The notes: generated by a model not told the origin, from the sequence alone. 64,000 bases of DNA from Vermamoeba vermiformis (GCA_045837725.1 JBEWZL010000011.1:620001-684000), one strand, 5' to 3'. Counted from the first letter of the stretch, positions 1 to 14,030 are shown. Made by a program: numbers and translations.

Positions 1-3000
1 GGGGTGTCAACAGCACACCTGTCAGACTCGGTGACACGGAGCGTGCGGAACAATTCCTCGCATTGACAGATGTCACGCTGGCCTCTCCGCTCACGTGGGT
101 GCGTGTCAAACTGCTGTCCGCGTTCAGTGCGGTGGATGACACGGGACTGCGCGTCAAACTGATCTCGCGCACATCTCCGCACTTGACAGCACTCTTGACA
201 CGTCTGCAAGTGACAGGTGCCACCGTGACACTCGCCGAGGCACGTCTGATCGAGACTTTGCTGCGCTATTATTCCGTCGCCCTGCCGCACCACACCGTGG
301 AGGAAGTGCAGCCCTGGTTGACGGCCATGACATTGCAGTTCGAGAAGTATTTCCGCTCGCTGACACACGACAGCGCGGACGATATTACCATATTTGGCGC
401 TGAGGACCCTACGATCGATCAGAGCGCATTTCCTTATTTGTTCAATCCCGCGCGTCTGGCCCTGGAATGCATTCATGAACCAGTGTACAAGACAGCGTCA
501 CGTGACATTCAAGCCGCGCTGTTCACCACCGTGCTGTCGCTCATGCTGTCAAAACACGCCAAGATTCGCGCCCTGGCACAGAGTGTCATGCGACGGAAAA
601 TTCCGGCCGTGGATCACGCGCTCATCTCGCACGAACTGGCCACGTGCCACCGCGAGATCTTGGCGGTGATTGAACGTCATTCACCGAACAAACGCAAACG
701 TCAAAAGAGGTACAGTACGCCGAATGACACGTGTCACTGTAACTGACATGTTTGACAGCTCTGCCAATGACACGCCGAGCAGCGCCTTGACACCCGAGAT
801 GGAACAAGATCTGGACAGCCATTTGACACGTGTCACTGCCCTGCTCGAGACATTCCAGTACCGACCGCAGTTCTTGTCGCGCGAGCACGTGCCACTGTTG
901 TTTGCCCTGGTAGATCTCATCATCGACCAGCAGCACAGTGTTGGCAAGCGTAAGTCCCTCGCATGTCCAAATAAGGCAATATCTCACGCAGTATCTCCGC
1001 GCAGATCCCTCGATCGAGTACATCACGCAGCAGGTGCTCGGCAGTTTGACACTTGTCACGCAGGCCCTGGTCGATCACGCGCTCACGCAGCAGCAGTTGA
1101 CGGCACTCGGCGCGGAATTTCACGTGGACAGCATCGTGCAGGTGATTCGCGTCAGTCAGGATCCCTCCGTGCAGAAGAACGCGTTGCTATTTTTAGCCGC
1201 AGCAGCACGTGTGTTCCCCGCGCGCGTACTGGAGCACATCATGCCGATATTTACTTATATGGGTGCCAGCAGCGTGCGCTTCGACGACAATTATACATTT
1301 TTGGTCATTCAAAAGACCATCGAGGCCGTGGTGCCAGCACTCGTGCAGTCACGTGACACTTTGGCACCGCTGACGCTGTTCGCCGCATTCGTGCAACACA
1401 TCGGAGAGATCCCCGCGCATCGGAGATTGCTGCTGTTCTCGATGCTGCTAAAAATACTCAGCGCGCAGTACCTCTCCGTGCTGCTGGCACTGCTCTTCTT
1501 CAAGCACGTGCACCTCACCGCCACGGCCACTGCCAAATCGGGCACTGACAGCATCGTAGATTTCTGCAAAGACTTGTGCCTCAAGTTCGAGCCCCACGAA
1601 GTGTTGCAAAGCTTCAATCTATTTTTAGCCAAGTGCAACGACGCCGCCACCTACTTCCAAAAGAAGCGACGCGGAGAATCTGTCGCGGATCTCGAGCGAG
1701 ATTTGGCGGCACATGGCATCGACAAGCACGTGACTGAACACAGCGTGGTGCACGTGACCGGAGATTTCGTGAGATTTGTGGCGAGTTACGTGAGCAGCAA
1801 AGAATTCGTGCAACAAATGATCGATCTCGAAGGCGAGGCCGAAGAACGCACGCAAAGCTTGAGTTTGACACTTTTGGAAACCGCCCTGGTGCATGTCAAA
1901 CAGCTGTCCGCACAACAAGCTGCAAATGACAGCAGTCTGCGCGACGAATTGAAGCGACAAGTGGACGACAGCTACGAACTGATCGATCGCTGCAACGAAT
2001 TGCTGTCCATTCCCTCATTTGTGCACGTGATCGATCGACTGCTGCTGCACGACGACAAACAGCTGCAAAGACGCGCGCTGTTGTTGCTGAACGACAAGGT
2101 GACGCAGCTGCAAAGATCGCTCCACCACAAACACGCCGTGCCGTTCATTAAAATGACGCGTCAGTTGACGGACGTCATCGTGGCCGACATACTGCAGAAC
2201 AACGGCAAAGACTTCACGTTGACAGGTGCCACCGCTGTCAACAAGCAGACAGCCGCGCTCTCGCTCGAGATTATCATTCGCTCGTTCGGTGAACGCAAAG
2301 AATTCGCGGGAGATTTCAAAGAGTTGCTGGCACCACTCACCGCCGCACTCAAAGCTATAAATAGCTCCGCGCAGTCCTCGCCCGCCGATCTCGTACGTAT
2401 CTCACCTATTATTCCGCGTGCCCCACTGACCCCCTTGCCAAATATAGGCACAAAAAGTCAAAGTGAGCTCGTCGCTGCAGCTGTGTCTGGCCTCGCTGGT
2501 CGGTGCACTGGGCCCCGCACTCATCGAGCACGTGAACGAGTTCTATCCCGTGCTGCTCGATGTCATGGATCTCGCGCTCAAATCTCGCGAGGCAGATCAG
2601 GCCCTGGTCGAGTCGTTGCGTCTGTTGCAACTGTCCACGCTGTCCGCACTCAAAGTCATCATCAGTGCCATCGGAAAATTCCTCGGAAAATATCTGGCCC
2701 GCACCCTCACCTCCGTGGTGCACCCAGCCCTGGTTGAGCACCGCAATGCACAACTGCAAAGTCATCTGAGCGAGGTGTTGCGCGTGACCGCAGCGCAGAT
2801 CGATCTGCGACAGTTGCTGTCACCGCTCGCTGTCACGTACCAGCACGCACTCACGCAATATCAAAATCTCCAGGTAACGAGATATACTGCTGCCGTTCAC
2901 TGAACCGATCACTAACTGTTCCCGTGCAGTCCGTGCATCACGTGATCACCTTGCTGGCACGTGTCACCGCAGCCCTGGACAAGAAACACGTGCCCGTGCA

Positions 3001-4000
3001 TCACAAGCCGCTGTTCAAGCTGTATTTGCAACTATTTGATCTGCGTCATGACTGGTGTTCACTGAAACACGTGCCGATTTACTCCGAACACGTGCCCGAT
3101 CACGTGGAGGTCAGAAAGAAAGGCAAAGCTAAGACCGCCGTTCAGTCCCTGAACACGAGTGCGGAACAATTGACCAAAATAGAACAAATCGAGACCGAAC
3201 TGATCGGCGGATTTCTAAATATGGTGATGAAGTTGAACGAGAACACCTTCAAGCCGCTGTACCTCGTCACCATGGAGTGGACGCACGTCAATCACGTGAT
3301 CTCAGCCTCGACCAGCGGCGATGACGCGATGACAGATGTCAATGTGCCACCCGCGCAGCTGTTCAGTCGCACGTACATGTTCTACAAGCTAAATTTGGCG
3401 CTGCAACAACAGCTCAAATCGATCTTCTCGCCGTACCTCAATCACGTGCTCGATCACGTGGCTGCCATCATCGCGCGACCCTCGCTCATCACCGCGGCAG
3501 TCAACACGTGGATGGCGATAGAAATTCCGCTGCTGCACTGGCTGGCCCTGGCACTGCAACAGACTGCTGTCGGTGCCTTCGACAAGCGCCGCTTTGACAA
3601 GCTGTCAGTGCCACTCACGGCCCTGATTGATCGCAGCACTGCACCACCCAGTCCACCGCTCGCGGTCGAGGTGTACCGTGCGCGCGTGACACGTGTCATC
3701 AAAGTGCTGTCCGCGCTGTCACTGGCGGTGCACCACGAGGCCCTGTGGAAGTCACTCAACCACCAGCTGTTGCTGCTCGCGCGACACGAGGACAGTCACG
3801 TGCGCGAGTCTGCAGTGCGCGCCCTGATCGAGCAGTACACCGTGCTGGGCGAGGAGTACTTGCCACTGCTGCCCGAGTCGATTCAATCGATCAGCGAGCT
3901 CATGGAGGACAGCAACAGCGAGGTCGAGGCCTGCACGCTGCAGCTGATCAAGATCATCGAAGATCTGCTCGGTCAGGAGTTTGCGGAACTGCTCAAGTAA
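1..4000 (+). CDS. UTP10: HEAT-repeat U3 snoRNP protein UTP10/HEATR1, 5'-partial, multi-exon
   Basis: ORFs 63-746, 670-, 938-2737, 2463-2903 and 2924-4000 join through short GT-AG introns (e.g. 710-758, 950-1004). Motifs VLEHIMPIFTYMG-RFDDNYTF-VIQKTIEAVVPAL, MVMKLNENTFKPLY (BP28CT) and C-terminal LGEEYLPLLPESIQSISELMED are characteristic of UTP10. Confidence 0.92.
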
Positions 4001-4154
4001 TGCTGCGGTGTTCGAGATTCGAGAGGAATTGCAAATAAACACTCATTTTCATAATAATTATCAGTCACGCGTGATTCGTTGTTCGCCACATCCGGTGACG
4101 TCATTCATTTTCATTAGCGCTGTTCATTGACACCACACGAGACACGAGTACCGA

Positions 4155-5627
4155 ATGGAGTCAGACACTACTGCCCCTGATACTACCGACAACACAGATA
4201 CATTGCGTCCCTATCCCGCCAATGCCTCGGTGCAAGAAGAGTTCGGATGGATCAGCGAGTGGCTGCGTCACCATCAGCTGTTCAATACACTCGATGCACT
4301 GCTCGATGAGGGCATGCAGCTGTTGGACCTCTCCGTCGCGAAGACTGTAGAGCAGCATGTAAGTCCGGTTCAGATCCGATCGTTTCGGAAAATTAAAAAA
4401 CAACTTGTTAAATTTTAATTAGTGCTACCATCTGTCTACTGTAATATTACTAGGACAAATTATTGTGGAAGTTTATTTTATTATTAATTCATTTTGGATC
4501 CTGCTCTCGATCCAGATCGCACTCTGTTCACTGAACTAACCGTTTGCAGGTGTCACAGCCCAGCATTCAACGAGAACAGCCTTTGACACCTGTCATTACG
4601 AGTCCTGCCTCCATTCTGAGCGTGAAATTTCATCCCACCGAACCCTGGCTCGTGACTGGCCACGCCGACAAGACAGTGCGCGTGCACATGTACAAAAAAG
4701 GCAATGACGATCAGCCCTGGGAGAGCTCCCAGATGATGACACTGCCCATCCACCAGGGCGGTGTGGTGAGCACGGAATTTCATCCCACAATCAGCCACAG
4801 ACTGCTGACCTCGAGTCTCGACAACAGCTTTGCAGTCGTGGATTTGTTCCCAGAACAAGAGCAAAGTTATCGCGTGCTGCAACAGACACGTGACCACACC
4901 AAATATGTCATTCGCGCCAAGTGGCACCCGACACGCACGGACATGTTCGTGACAGCAGGCTATGACCATATTTGTACATTGTGGCACCGCGAATCCGAAT
5001 CGCAGCCCTGGTCGAAACAGCACTCGTGGCACTTTGACGGCAATGTCGAGGTACGTGATGCGATCGATGGAAAGGAAATATACTAATATGGCAATGTCAG
5101 GCCGTGGAGTTCAGCCCTGACGGCGAGCAGTTGATCATCGCGTCACGTGGTGTGCCCTATTTGACATATGTCAATCTCGTGTCCATGGCGCAAACACAGG
5201 TCAGCGTCAATGCCCTGGGCGACGATCACGTGAGCTTCAATGTGCTCGATTTGGCAGTCGATGACAAGCACGTGATCGCGTGCACGGACAAGTCACGTGC
5301 CATCATGTACAAATTAGGCACACCATTTCAAGTGCGGAATTTCTTCGGCCTCGAGAACGACGAGTACAGCACACCACGTGTTCAGCTGGATGGCACGGGA
5401 CACCTCTATGCGGTACGTTGTTTGACACGTGTCACTCGCTGACCTCCGACTCACCTGTCATTCAGACTTCACAAACCAAACAGATCTGCGTCTTCGATGT
5501 AGCCACGGAAAAACTCGTTCATGAACTGCGCGGCCACAAGAACATCGTGCGCGACATCGCTCTGCACCAGTCACGTGGTCTGCTGGCATCGTGCTCGTAC
5601 GACAAGACGGTCAAACTGTGGTGTTGA
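4155..5627 (+). CDS. LisH-like plus WD40-repeat protein, multi-exon
   Basis: N-terminal ISEWLRHHQLFNTLDALLDE is LisH-like. WD repeats: SVKFHPTEPWLVTGHADKTVRV, HTKYVIRAKWHP..FVTAGYDHICTLW, GHKNIVRDIALH..LASCSYDKTVKLW. Confidence 0.8.
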
Positions 5628-5768
5628 CGGCCAGCCACTCGCGTTGAAATCACAAACGGCAATGTACAGAAATAAATACTAGCTTTACTACGGCCTCAAA
5701 TAAATACACTAGTCTGCGACAAATAAATACACTGTACAACGCTATTTACATCGATCGATCCTGCTCCG

Positions 5769-8260
5769 TTAGGCGCGCACGAGTTCGTTGCAGACATTGC
5801 TGCAAATATTGTCCAGCGCGTCGCTCTGCACGCCCGTCTTCAGCGTCACCATTACCTTATTAGGCAAGCTGTCATCGGCCTGTCTCTCGAAGGCGAGCTG
5901 ACACTTGACACGTGAGGCTGAAGAGGAGTCAGTCAGCAACATTGCCTGATTTGGTAATCTCAGTGGACTTACTTTTGTCGGCTCCGAACTTGGCGCGCAC
6001 GACATCTTTGCCCAATTTGGTAATCTTTGCACCATAAGCGATGAGAACATCCGCCGCTTGACTGGCAGTTACACGTGTCATCAGCTCCACTGAGCGCCGC
6101 GCAGGCTCCGGTTTGACACTTTTCGTTTTGAATGTGTTTATGAATGACGTCCACCAATTTCCTTTTTTGGGCGAGTCTGCTTGCGCGTCCACTACTGAAG
6201 AGCAATCAGCAATCACGTGACACTCGCTGGGACACAGTGTTTGACACTTACCTTTGACATCTGCAATCTCGTCGGCAGATTCAACGGGTGCAATGAATGG
6301 GTCGTGATAGTACAACTTGCGCGCGGTAGATTTCTTGGCGGCAGATTGCGATCTCATGCGCGAAGAATTGCGTACTGGCGCGGAGTGGACTTGCGACGGC
6401 TCGCGGCTATTATTAGCAGCAGTCAGGGTCTGTGTCAGTGGCACCCCCGTGCTCGTCTGCGATCGTTTGCGCACCAGCACGGGCATGCGATCACGTGACG
6501 TCGGACCACTCTCCGTGGTGTCCAGATCAATCTCCGCGACGAGCACATGAGTCACGTGACGGTGCGATCGATCTTCACTCGATTCGCTCAACAATTGGCT
6601 GCGTGCCGTCTCGCTCACCGTCAAATTTTCTTCGAATTTCTTGCTGCGGCGCTGCGGTCCTTTTTCGTAATATTTTTCCGCTGGCAACTCGCGACGAGCT
6701 TGCAGCACTTTGTAGAACGCTTTTTCCATGTTATTACTACAATAGGACAGTCAGTTTCCATTTATAGCAAGCAGTGCAATGCTCACCTCTGATTGGTCAG
6801 TCGTTTGATCACGTGATGGCGCGGCCAGCCCAGTGCAGTCATGGTAAGCACAATCTCCTCGTCAATCTCCGACTCGGACATGGACCACCGTGCAGACTCG
6901 TGTTTGACAGGTGTCACATCCTCGTGACTGTCCTCGCTGTCCTCGTCGCTGTCAAGTTGATCGGGCGCGTCAAAGATGAGCTGGGGTGGTGGCAAAGTGA
7001 CATCGTTTTCAGTGAACCACGGATGACGTCTGATCTCCGCGAGGGTGATGCGGTCCTTGGGGTCCACCACTAACATGCGGCGAATCAGATCTTGCACTTC
7101 CGGCGCGACATATTTGGGAATGGAATATTGTCCCGATTTGACCTGCCACCGCTGTCAGTGCCTATAATCAGATATATATGCATCTATGAACTACCTTCAA
7201 CAGCAGTGCTCGGACGTTGTGATCGTCGAATGGCAGTCTGCCAGTGACCAAAGTATACAGAATTACTCCGCAGCTCCACACATCGGACAATTTCCCGTCG
7301 TACTTGCCACCGGAGATTACCTCCGGCGAGGCGTAGTGCGGTGAGCCACAGCTCGTCGCGAGATATTTCTGACTCGGCTGCAGCGCGGCCATGCCTATAT
7401 TTGGTAATGTGTCATTCGCAGTACTCGCCATCGCGTGCCACTTACCAAAATCGGCAATCTTGAGCGTGGTCTTGTCAGCACTGAGCAGCAAGTTCTCGGG
7501 CTTGAGATCGCGGTGGCAGATGTGATTGTGGTGGCAGTACTCGAGACCACTCAGCAGCTGTTTGAAGAAGTGCAATGCTTGCTGCAGCGGCAGACCTCCG
7601 TGCTCGATCAAGTAGTCGAACAATTCTCCGCCCTCCACGTACTCCAAGATCAAGAACCTGTTTGCCAAATTAGGAAATGTTTCGCAGAGTGCAGTGCGGC
7701 ACGTGACTTACAAGTACTTGGAGGTCTCGTACACTTCGTAGAGGCGCAATACATTCGGATGATCTAACAGGCGCTAAATATGGCACGGTCAGTAAGAAGG
7801 TCTTGAGTGAGGCCATTCAATGTCCAAATAAGGAAATATTCCCGCTACAAAGCCGCGAGATTTCAACGTGGTACCATTTTCGAAAAACGAGCCAACAATA
7901 TTATGCATGAAATTCGGTAAATCAAACTTGAATTGGATTATATTTACAAATATTACTAGTTCTCTATGTTGGCGATGTATTCTTAAATATTACGCACCAA
8001 TATCGCTATTTCGCGCTCCATCTTGCGTTTTCTGTCTTTGTTGCCCTCGAGTGCGTCTTTATCAATGATTTTAATGGCTACTTTATACCCCGTTCGCTTG
8101 TGATAGCCGAGCTTTACTTTGCCATTAGATCCGCTGTAATTACAATCAGATTTAGTTTAGACACTTTGACACAGTGCTTAACTAGCATTGATACGTACCT
8201 GCCCAAGGTGCGGCCTAATAAAAAGGGCCCTATATAACGTGTTTTGCCCTCCTCCGCCAT
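5769..8260 (-). CDS. BRSK/SAD/Nim1-like CAMK Ser/Thr kinase with UBA-like region and C-terminal KA1-like domain
   Basis: ATG at 8260 (MAEEGKTRYIGPFLLGRTLG). Motifs VAIKII, LEYVEGGELFDY, HRDLKPENLL, IADFG, TSCGSPHYASPEV, DVWSCGVILY. Stop TAA at 5769-5771. Confidence 0.88.
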
Positions 8261-8554
8261 GTTTAATTAATGCTTTGGTAGCTCTGATCGGGATCCAAAA
8301 TTCAACTCGTAATTTCAAAGTCGAGAAGATTCTGTTTGAATGAGGTGTGGTTATTCAATAGCCAATGAGTTAGAAATTTAATTTGTTTTCATCTCCGTCG
8401 TCGGACCTGAATTCGTGTTCAGTCGTTGCGCAAAATGAAATTGAACCACATCCAGAAATCTCGATTAGAACTGTTCTAATTGTAAGCTTTATTAAAGGTT
8501 ACGACAAGGCGGTTGATTGAATGCCGCACGTGTCTACTAGTACAATGCAGGACT

Positions 8555-8974
8555 TTACCACTTCCACTTCTTGAACTTGCCGAACTTTTTGAACTTCTTG
8601 AATCCCTTGAACTTCTTGTGCTTCCACTTCTTGTGCTTCTTGTGCTTCACCTTGTGCGTGTGGTACACGGGTTGACCGTAACCAACAGTGTGGACGGGTC
8701 TAACGGGCTGACCGTGAGTGGTGGTGGTCTGCGTGTAAGTCACTTGAGCACCATATCCAGGCTGAGGCGGATATGCACCAGGAGCAGGGTAGCCACCGTG
8801 TTGAGGAGGGTAACCACCGGGGGGAGGATAACCACCGTGCTGTTGTTGCGGAGGATAAGCACCAGGAGGATAGCCGCCAGGAGGAGGGTAACCGCCTTGA
8901 GGTGGATAGCCACCCTGTTGTGGGGGATAACCACCGTGTTGTGGGGGATAGCCACCAGGAGGAGGATATGACAT
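8555..8974 (-). CDS. Gly/Pro/Tyr-rich (GYPP-repeat) protein with His/Lys-rich C-terminus, resembling plant GPRP/XYPPX proteins
   Basis: Intronless 139-aa ORF with repeated GGYPP units, ending HKKFKGFKKFKKFGKFKKWKW. AATAAA-like 3' context follows. Confidence 0.75.
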   Translation of the reverse strand: MSYPPPGGYPPQHGGYPPQQGGYPPQGGYPPPGGYPPGAYPPQQQHGGYPPPGGYPPQHGGYPAPGAYPPQPGYGAQVTYTQTTTTHGQPVRPVHTVGYGQPVYHTHKVKHKKHKKWKHKKFKGFKKFKKFGKFKKWKW

Positions 8975-9412
8975 CTATTTGTACAAATAATTAGAATATT
9001 GGCCAACCGAAAAGATTTTTCGTTCTGATCTTAGAGCGAAACTGAATTTGACAATAAAAAAATAATTCAAGAGCTTGTAAATAATTACTCGTCGGTAAAA
9101 TAAGCATGATAATGATATTAAATAATTTAGACATCAGGCTTGCTGCGAATAACAGAAACGGAATTCGAAAAACAAAAGGGATTGAGTTCAATTTAATTGT
9201 TTCATCGTTCCATTCCGTATGATAATTATTCGCAGCACTAGCTGAACATCACATTGCATAATCACAAGGGTCGTGTAGTTACTTACTCTGAAAATAGCTT
9301 GAACTGAACGCATTGCACGCGCACTATTTTAGCCACGTGTTCGCAGCAACACACGAACAGGACGAGTGTACAACGAGCTTTGGGGAACTGTTTATTATAG
9401 CTAGGGATACTG

Positions 9413-11033
9413 TTACAACATGATCAAGCCGACATCTTCGTTCTTGAGTTGAGGAGCGCGCCAGTTGAACAAGTAGTAGTGCAGATTGCCGTCGCCAGGT
9501 CCGAACTTGAGCTCATCCAAGAACGACTTGTTGGTCATCATATCGAGTGCATTGAAGACATCGTAGCCCTTGTTCTTCGCGATGATCAGCGCGTCTTGCA
9601 TGAGTGCTTTCAAGGGATGTTTCTTGGCCACGGTGTAGAAGGCGTAGGCTGGTTCAGTGAACGATTAGTCACGTGATCAGCACTGCATGCTTACGAGTAC
9701 TGACCTGCGCGCAGTGTGTTGTACTTGGCATTGCCGATGATGCTGGACGGCAAGTTGTAAAAAGAGAAGAAGTCCGTCACTTGTTTGGTCTCTGGATCCT
9801 CCACCACATAGCTCTCCACCACATCCGGTTCCGCGCACAACAACCAATGACGCGTCTCTTCGAGCGTGAATTCGATCACGAGCTTGAACTTGGCGAGGTG
9901 TTCCATGAGCAGTGCGTGCACTTGTTCAATGTCCTCCGCTTTCATGGGCCGCAGACCGGGCAACAAGGGCTGATCGGGCAATTTGTTGCTGCGAATGGCC
10001 ATTTGCATCGTCATATTCTTCTTTAAATATGAGAACCCAACATCGATCAGCTTCTTGGGGTTGAGTGAGCGGTGGTAGTAGCGGCACTGACCGATGGGCG
10101 AGGGCAGCACGACACCAGCAGTGTAGACAGCTTGCCAGACATTGGTCACATTCACGCGGCGTGTGATCTCGCGGATCAGCACTGGCGCCAGTCTCTTGCC
10201 GCGCAGTGATTTGTGCACGCACAGGAAGTTGATTTCGACCATCGGACGTGTTCTGTGCGCGGTCAGTACGAGCCTCTGATTGACACGTGTCACACACAGT
10301 CACGTGACTTACTTGGAGTGCACGCGCACGGCACAGGGAATGGCAGCGATGAAGCCCATGAGCTGCTTGTTGCTCGTCAAGCGCACACCGACGTGCCACT
10401 GCTTCAAGTAGCCGGGGGGCTTGAGTGCCCACTTCAAGAATGCCTTGCTGTAGTCGAAGCGGAACATGCTGTCGTCGTCCTCCACGTAGTTGTTGTACAG
10501 CAGGTCGTAAATGTCTTGCATCTGGTGGTACAATGAGTCGATGGTTGTGCCTACAGAGGGCCTATAGTATACTACTACGCACCTCCTTCTCGTCGTCAAT
10601 GTTGCAGTCGAACCACTCGAAGGCTGCGGGCAAGTTGAGCGGTGTTTGACGCACGTCCTTGACTGGATCCTTGTCAGCATCAATAGGTCCTCCTTCTTCT
10701 TTTCGTTCGACACTCTCCGCTGCAAAATTAGTTAGTATGGCGTTATTAATAGGAAATAGTAACAAATGTTGTGGAGTAGAATTCAAATAAAATTAAAAAT
10801 AATTGTAGAAATAATTCTAAATGACTAATGACGCTATTTATAGTAATAATTATTGAGATATGTGTATTACATTTAATAGAGTAATTTAAAATTAATCCTT
10901 AGGTGATTGCAGCTGGATCTGCACGCTGCAAGTGTTAGTCCAATGTCGCTACATTACCTAAAGGCACCACAGGCTGTGTCTTCCAAAAAGCGTAGTCTTT
11001 TTTGCCTTCCTTCAATGTCTTCTTGTTGCTCAT
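9413..11033 (-). CDS. NMT: Glycylpeptide N-myristoyltransferase, multi-exon
   Basis: Motifs [77 protein letters not shown]. Confidence 0.96.
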
Positions 11034-11285
11034 GGTGCTGTGTAGTGTACAAAATAGAATAAGAGCAACCAACACAAGAGGTCGAAGTCATTCTAGTCGC
11101 TCTAAACCACCTGCAATCGACAACAAAAGGATTGCACTAGAACTCTTATAAGACGTCGAGTGGCATGCCTTCCGAATCGATGAGAGGCTAGATCTCTCCT
11201 CAAACATTGCCCTATTGGTCACTAAAAATAACTCAACAAATTCTGTGTCGCCGTTGGTAGTTCCATTCCATTAATTACATGTAAT

Positions 11286-12628
11286 ATGGAGCACACTAGT
11301 CAATCTGCTCATGCCAAACAGAGCACTGCGTTCAAGAGCGAGCTGTTGTTGACTGGTAAATACTACCGCATTGCTCTTCTCGGCTCGTTTTCTTCTCATA
11401 AGGCTCATACGATAACATTATAATTAATAATTCATATTTCAGACGATGAAATTCGTCAGCGTGGCATCACCGAACATCAGATCGAGCTCTACCGCCGCAT
11501 GCAATACCAAGCCTCATTCGGCATAGACACGTGGCTGGATCTGCTTTCTGAACACACCTTCAAGACAGAGTTCGTCGAGTTGACTTATCAGGAAGGCCTG
11601 CAACTCGGGCACTACGTTGACACGGTGATCAACGAGCAGATCTTGCAACAAATCGCTGAGCGTATCGATCACGTGATTAAGACAAAATTCCCCAACGGCG
11701 CGTTTGTGGTATGTCGTAGAATAGTGGCAAAGACCTGCCTGACAATTGCCTAATTTAGAAACTCAACACTCGCTCGCCGAAAGATGTGCCAGTGTATGAC
11801 TTCGAAAGTGACGCTGTCAAGACAAAAATAGCCGAAGAATTCGATTCGCTCGGTGACAAATTAGGAAATGACAACGAAGAGGTCTGGGCATTCATTCGTG
11901 CCACCATCAAAATGACACGTGTCAATTCGGGACTCGAAGCACTCGATTTACTTCGCCGCAGCACGCGCATTCGTGAAGACCTCGGAAAAATACTCCGATT
12001 CGGCGAGCAACATTTTTCCGCGCGCGTGACGGTGCGGGAGTGGCACGATGAAGTGGCGGAGAGACCGCAGTTTGAGTTCAGAGGCTTTGCGCACAACAAA
12101 GAGCTGAACGCAGTCACGCAGTACTTTTCCATGACTTATTCCAGCGAACTGCATCAACGGCGCGATGAAATTGCTGCAAAGATTAAAACGTTCCACGACT
12201 CGATTCGCGACAAAATTCCGCACTCGTCGTACGTGATTGACTTTTACGTCACGCGGGACAATCGTGTGCTCATCGTCGAGCTGAATCCATTCGTAAGTCA
12301 TTGCACCTATTTATCGATCACGTGATGCTGACCGATTGCCAGCACATCGGAGCAGGTGCGGGATTATTCACCTGGCGCGAACACCGCGATTTGTTCATGA
12401 ACGGACCGTACACATTCCGCATCGTCGAAGAGGTGCCAGCAGACACCGTGGAACTGTAAGTGTCACAAGTCTTTGCAACAATTCTAATCACGTGCTGTCA
12501 GTGTGCCAGTGCGCTGGGCCAAGTGGATCGATCAGAAATATCACCCGCACAAGTGGATCAAGCCTCCCGTGCCTGAGCCCGCTGAAGAGGAAGAAGCTGA
12601 GCCGTCGCGGTGGTGCATTGTGCTGTAG
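11286..12628 (+). CDS. Cdc123/D123-like (R2K-clade) ATP-grasp protein ending in CaaX motif CIVL
   Basis: Spliced product contains GAFV|KLNTRSPKD, LLRRSTRIREDL, EFRGF, AVTQY, SYVIDF, LIVELNPF and AGLFTW. Last exon reads ...EAEPSRWCIVL* (TAG 12626-12628). Confidence 0.82.
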
Positions 12629-12790
12629 ACTTGCCTTATTTGGATTGAACTAGTTAGTGCATGACAGGTGTCAAACTCGTGCTTGTTACTTCGATGTATT
12701 TTATTGTACAAAATTAAACAAAATTGTCTTGGTGATCAGCGCAGCACTATGTTACAGAAAATTGTTCCGCCAGCGAGTCTATTTTTAGCT

Positions 12791-14030
12791 CTAAATATCG
12801 AGCAGTTCCTCGTCGTTGGCATCATTTGCAGGTGGTGGCAGATTGAGTTCGTCGAGCTCGCGGTCGAGATCATCTTTGCTCATCTCGGCAGCTCCGCTCT
12901 CCACTTTGCGGCGCTTGTTCGGACTCTCCTCCGCATTGCTGTCACGTGCTCGCTTGGCACCCACACTCTCTTCTTTGCCGGGCAGCAGTGAACTCAGTCG
13001 CTGCACACCAAAGCTCGCTTTTTGACCGCCTTCTGACTTGGCGCGCTCCTGTTCGCGCAGCTTTTGTCGCTCTTCTTTGCTGGCTGCAAATGACACGGTG
13101 CTATTCACTGAATCACGCTCTTGTCGGCCTTGCTTGCGAGGATTATTATCGTTGTTATTGCCATTATTATTGCGCTGCTCTCTGCCCTTGTTGTTGTTGT
13201 GCTTCACATCGCTGTTGCTGCGCGCGCGTTGTTCTTGTTTGCGACTGTTAGGCAGTTCAAACACGACATTGGCCTCTTGGCGCGGACGTCTTTGTCGACC
13301 ACTGTCATCGCTGTGACGCGAATTCTCATCGCGATCACGTGACCTATTCGACGCCTCGTCTCTGTTATTGCTTCTATTGCTCGATCTGTCCTCTTTGGCC
13401 GCGCTGTCATTCTTCACGCTGAACTTGAGATTCTTGTCCGTGTCTTCTGCGCTCTTTTTGTTCGCATCTTCAGCTCGGACAAACTGATGACTGAACGGAC
13501 ACGCAGCACCCTTAGCACACTGTCCCATCAAGAAATAATAGCACGGTGTTTGCGAGCGATCAACGGGTGGTGCGTGGTGATAGGACGGGAAGTGCGGGGC
13601 ATGATACGGTGCGCTGTAGCCTGGCTTGAAGTGCGGCTTGGGCTTGAATGTAGGGGCTGTTTGTTTTGAAGGGTGTCTGCGGCAAGCATTTATTAGCACT
13701 GCGATTGGACCTGATGATGATTGTGGTTACATACCGTGAAGGACAATCGGCACCGCGCGGGCAGTTATCGAGCACCCAATCGCGACACACAGTCTGCGTA
13801 TTGAGCGCTGCTTCGCTGTGTCTGAACTCGCACTTGTCGCCCTTGGTGCAGCCATTGTGCAAATAGAAATAACAGTCGGTTTGACTTTTCAATTCTTCTT
13901 CGCTCGCTGACGAACTAATAATTCACGTTAATCATCGTGCTTGTAATAAATAATCATTATTAGTGGCCTACGTCTTTTTGACTTCGGTGGTGTTGTTTGT
14001 TGTTTCCACTGCTTCGACTGGTTCGGACAT
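12791..14030 (-). CDS. Tandem CCCH zinc-finger protein (ZC3H11-like) with low-complexity C-terminus
   Basis: Three CCCH fingers: CYFYLHNGCTKGDKCEFRH, CRDWVLDNCPRGADCPSRH, CYYFLMGQCAKGAACPFSH. ATG at 14030. Confidence 0.8.

Noticed and set aside
950..975. Possible 26-nt ultra-short intron in UTP10
   Set aside because: It breaks the frame. The acceptor at 1004 (55-nt intron) restores it.
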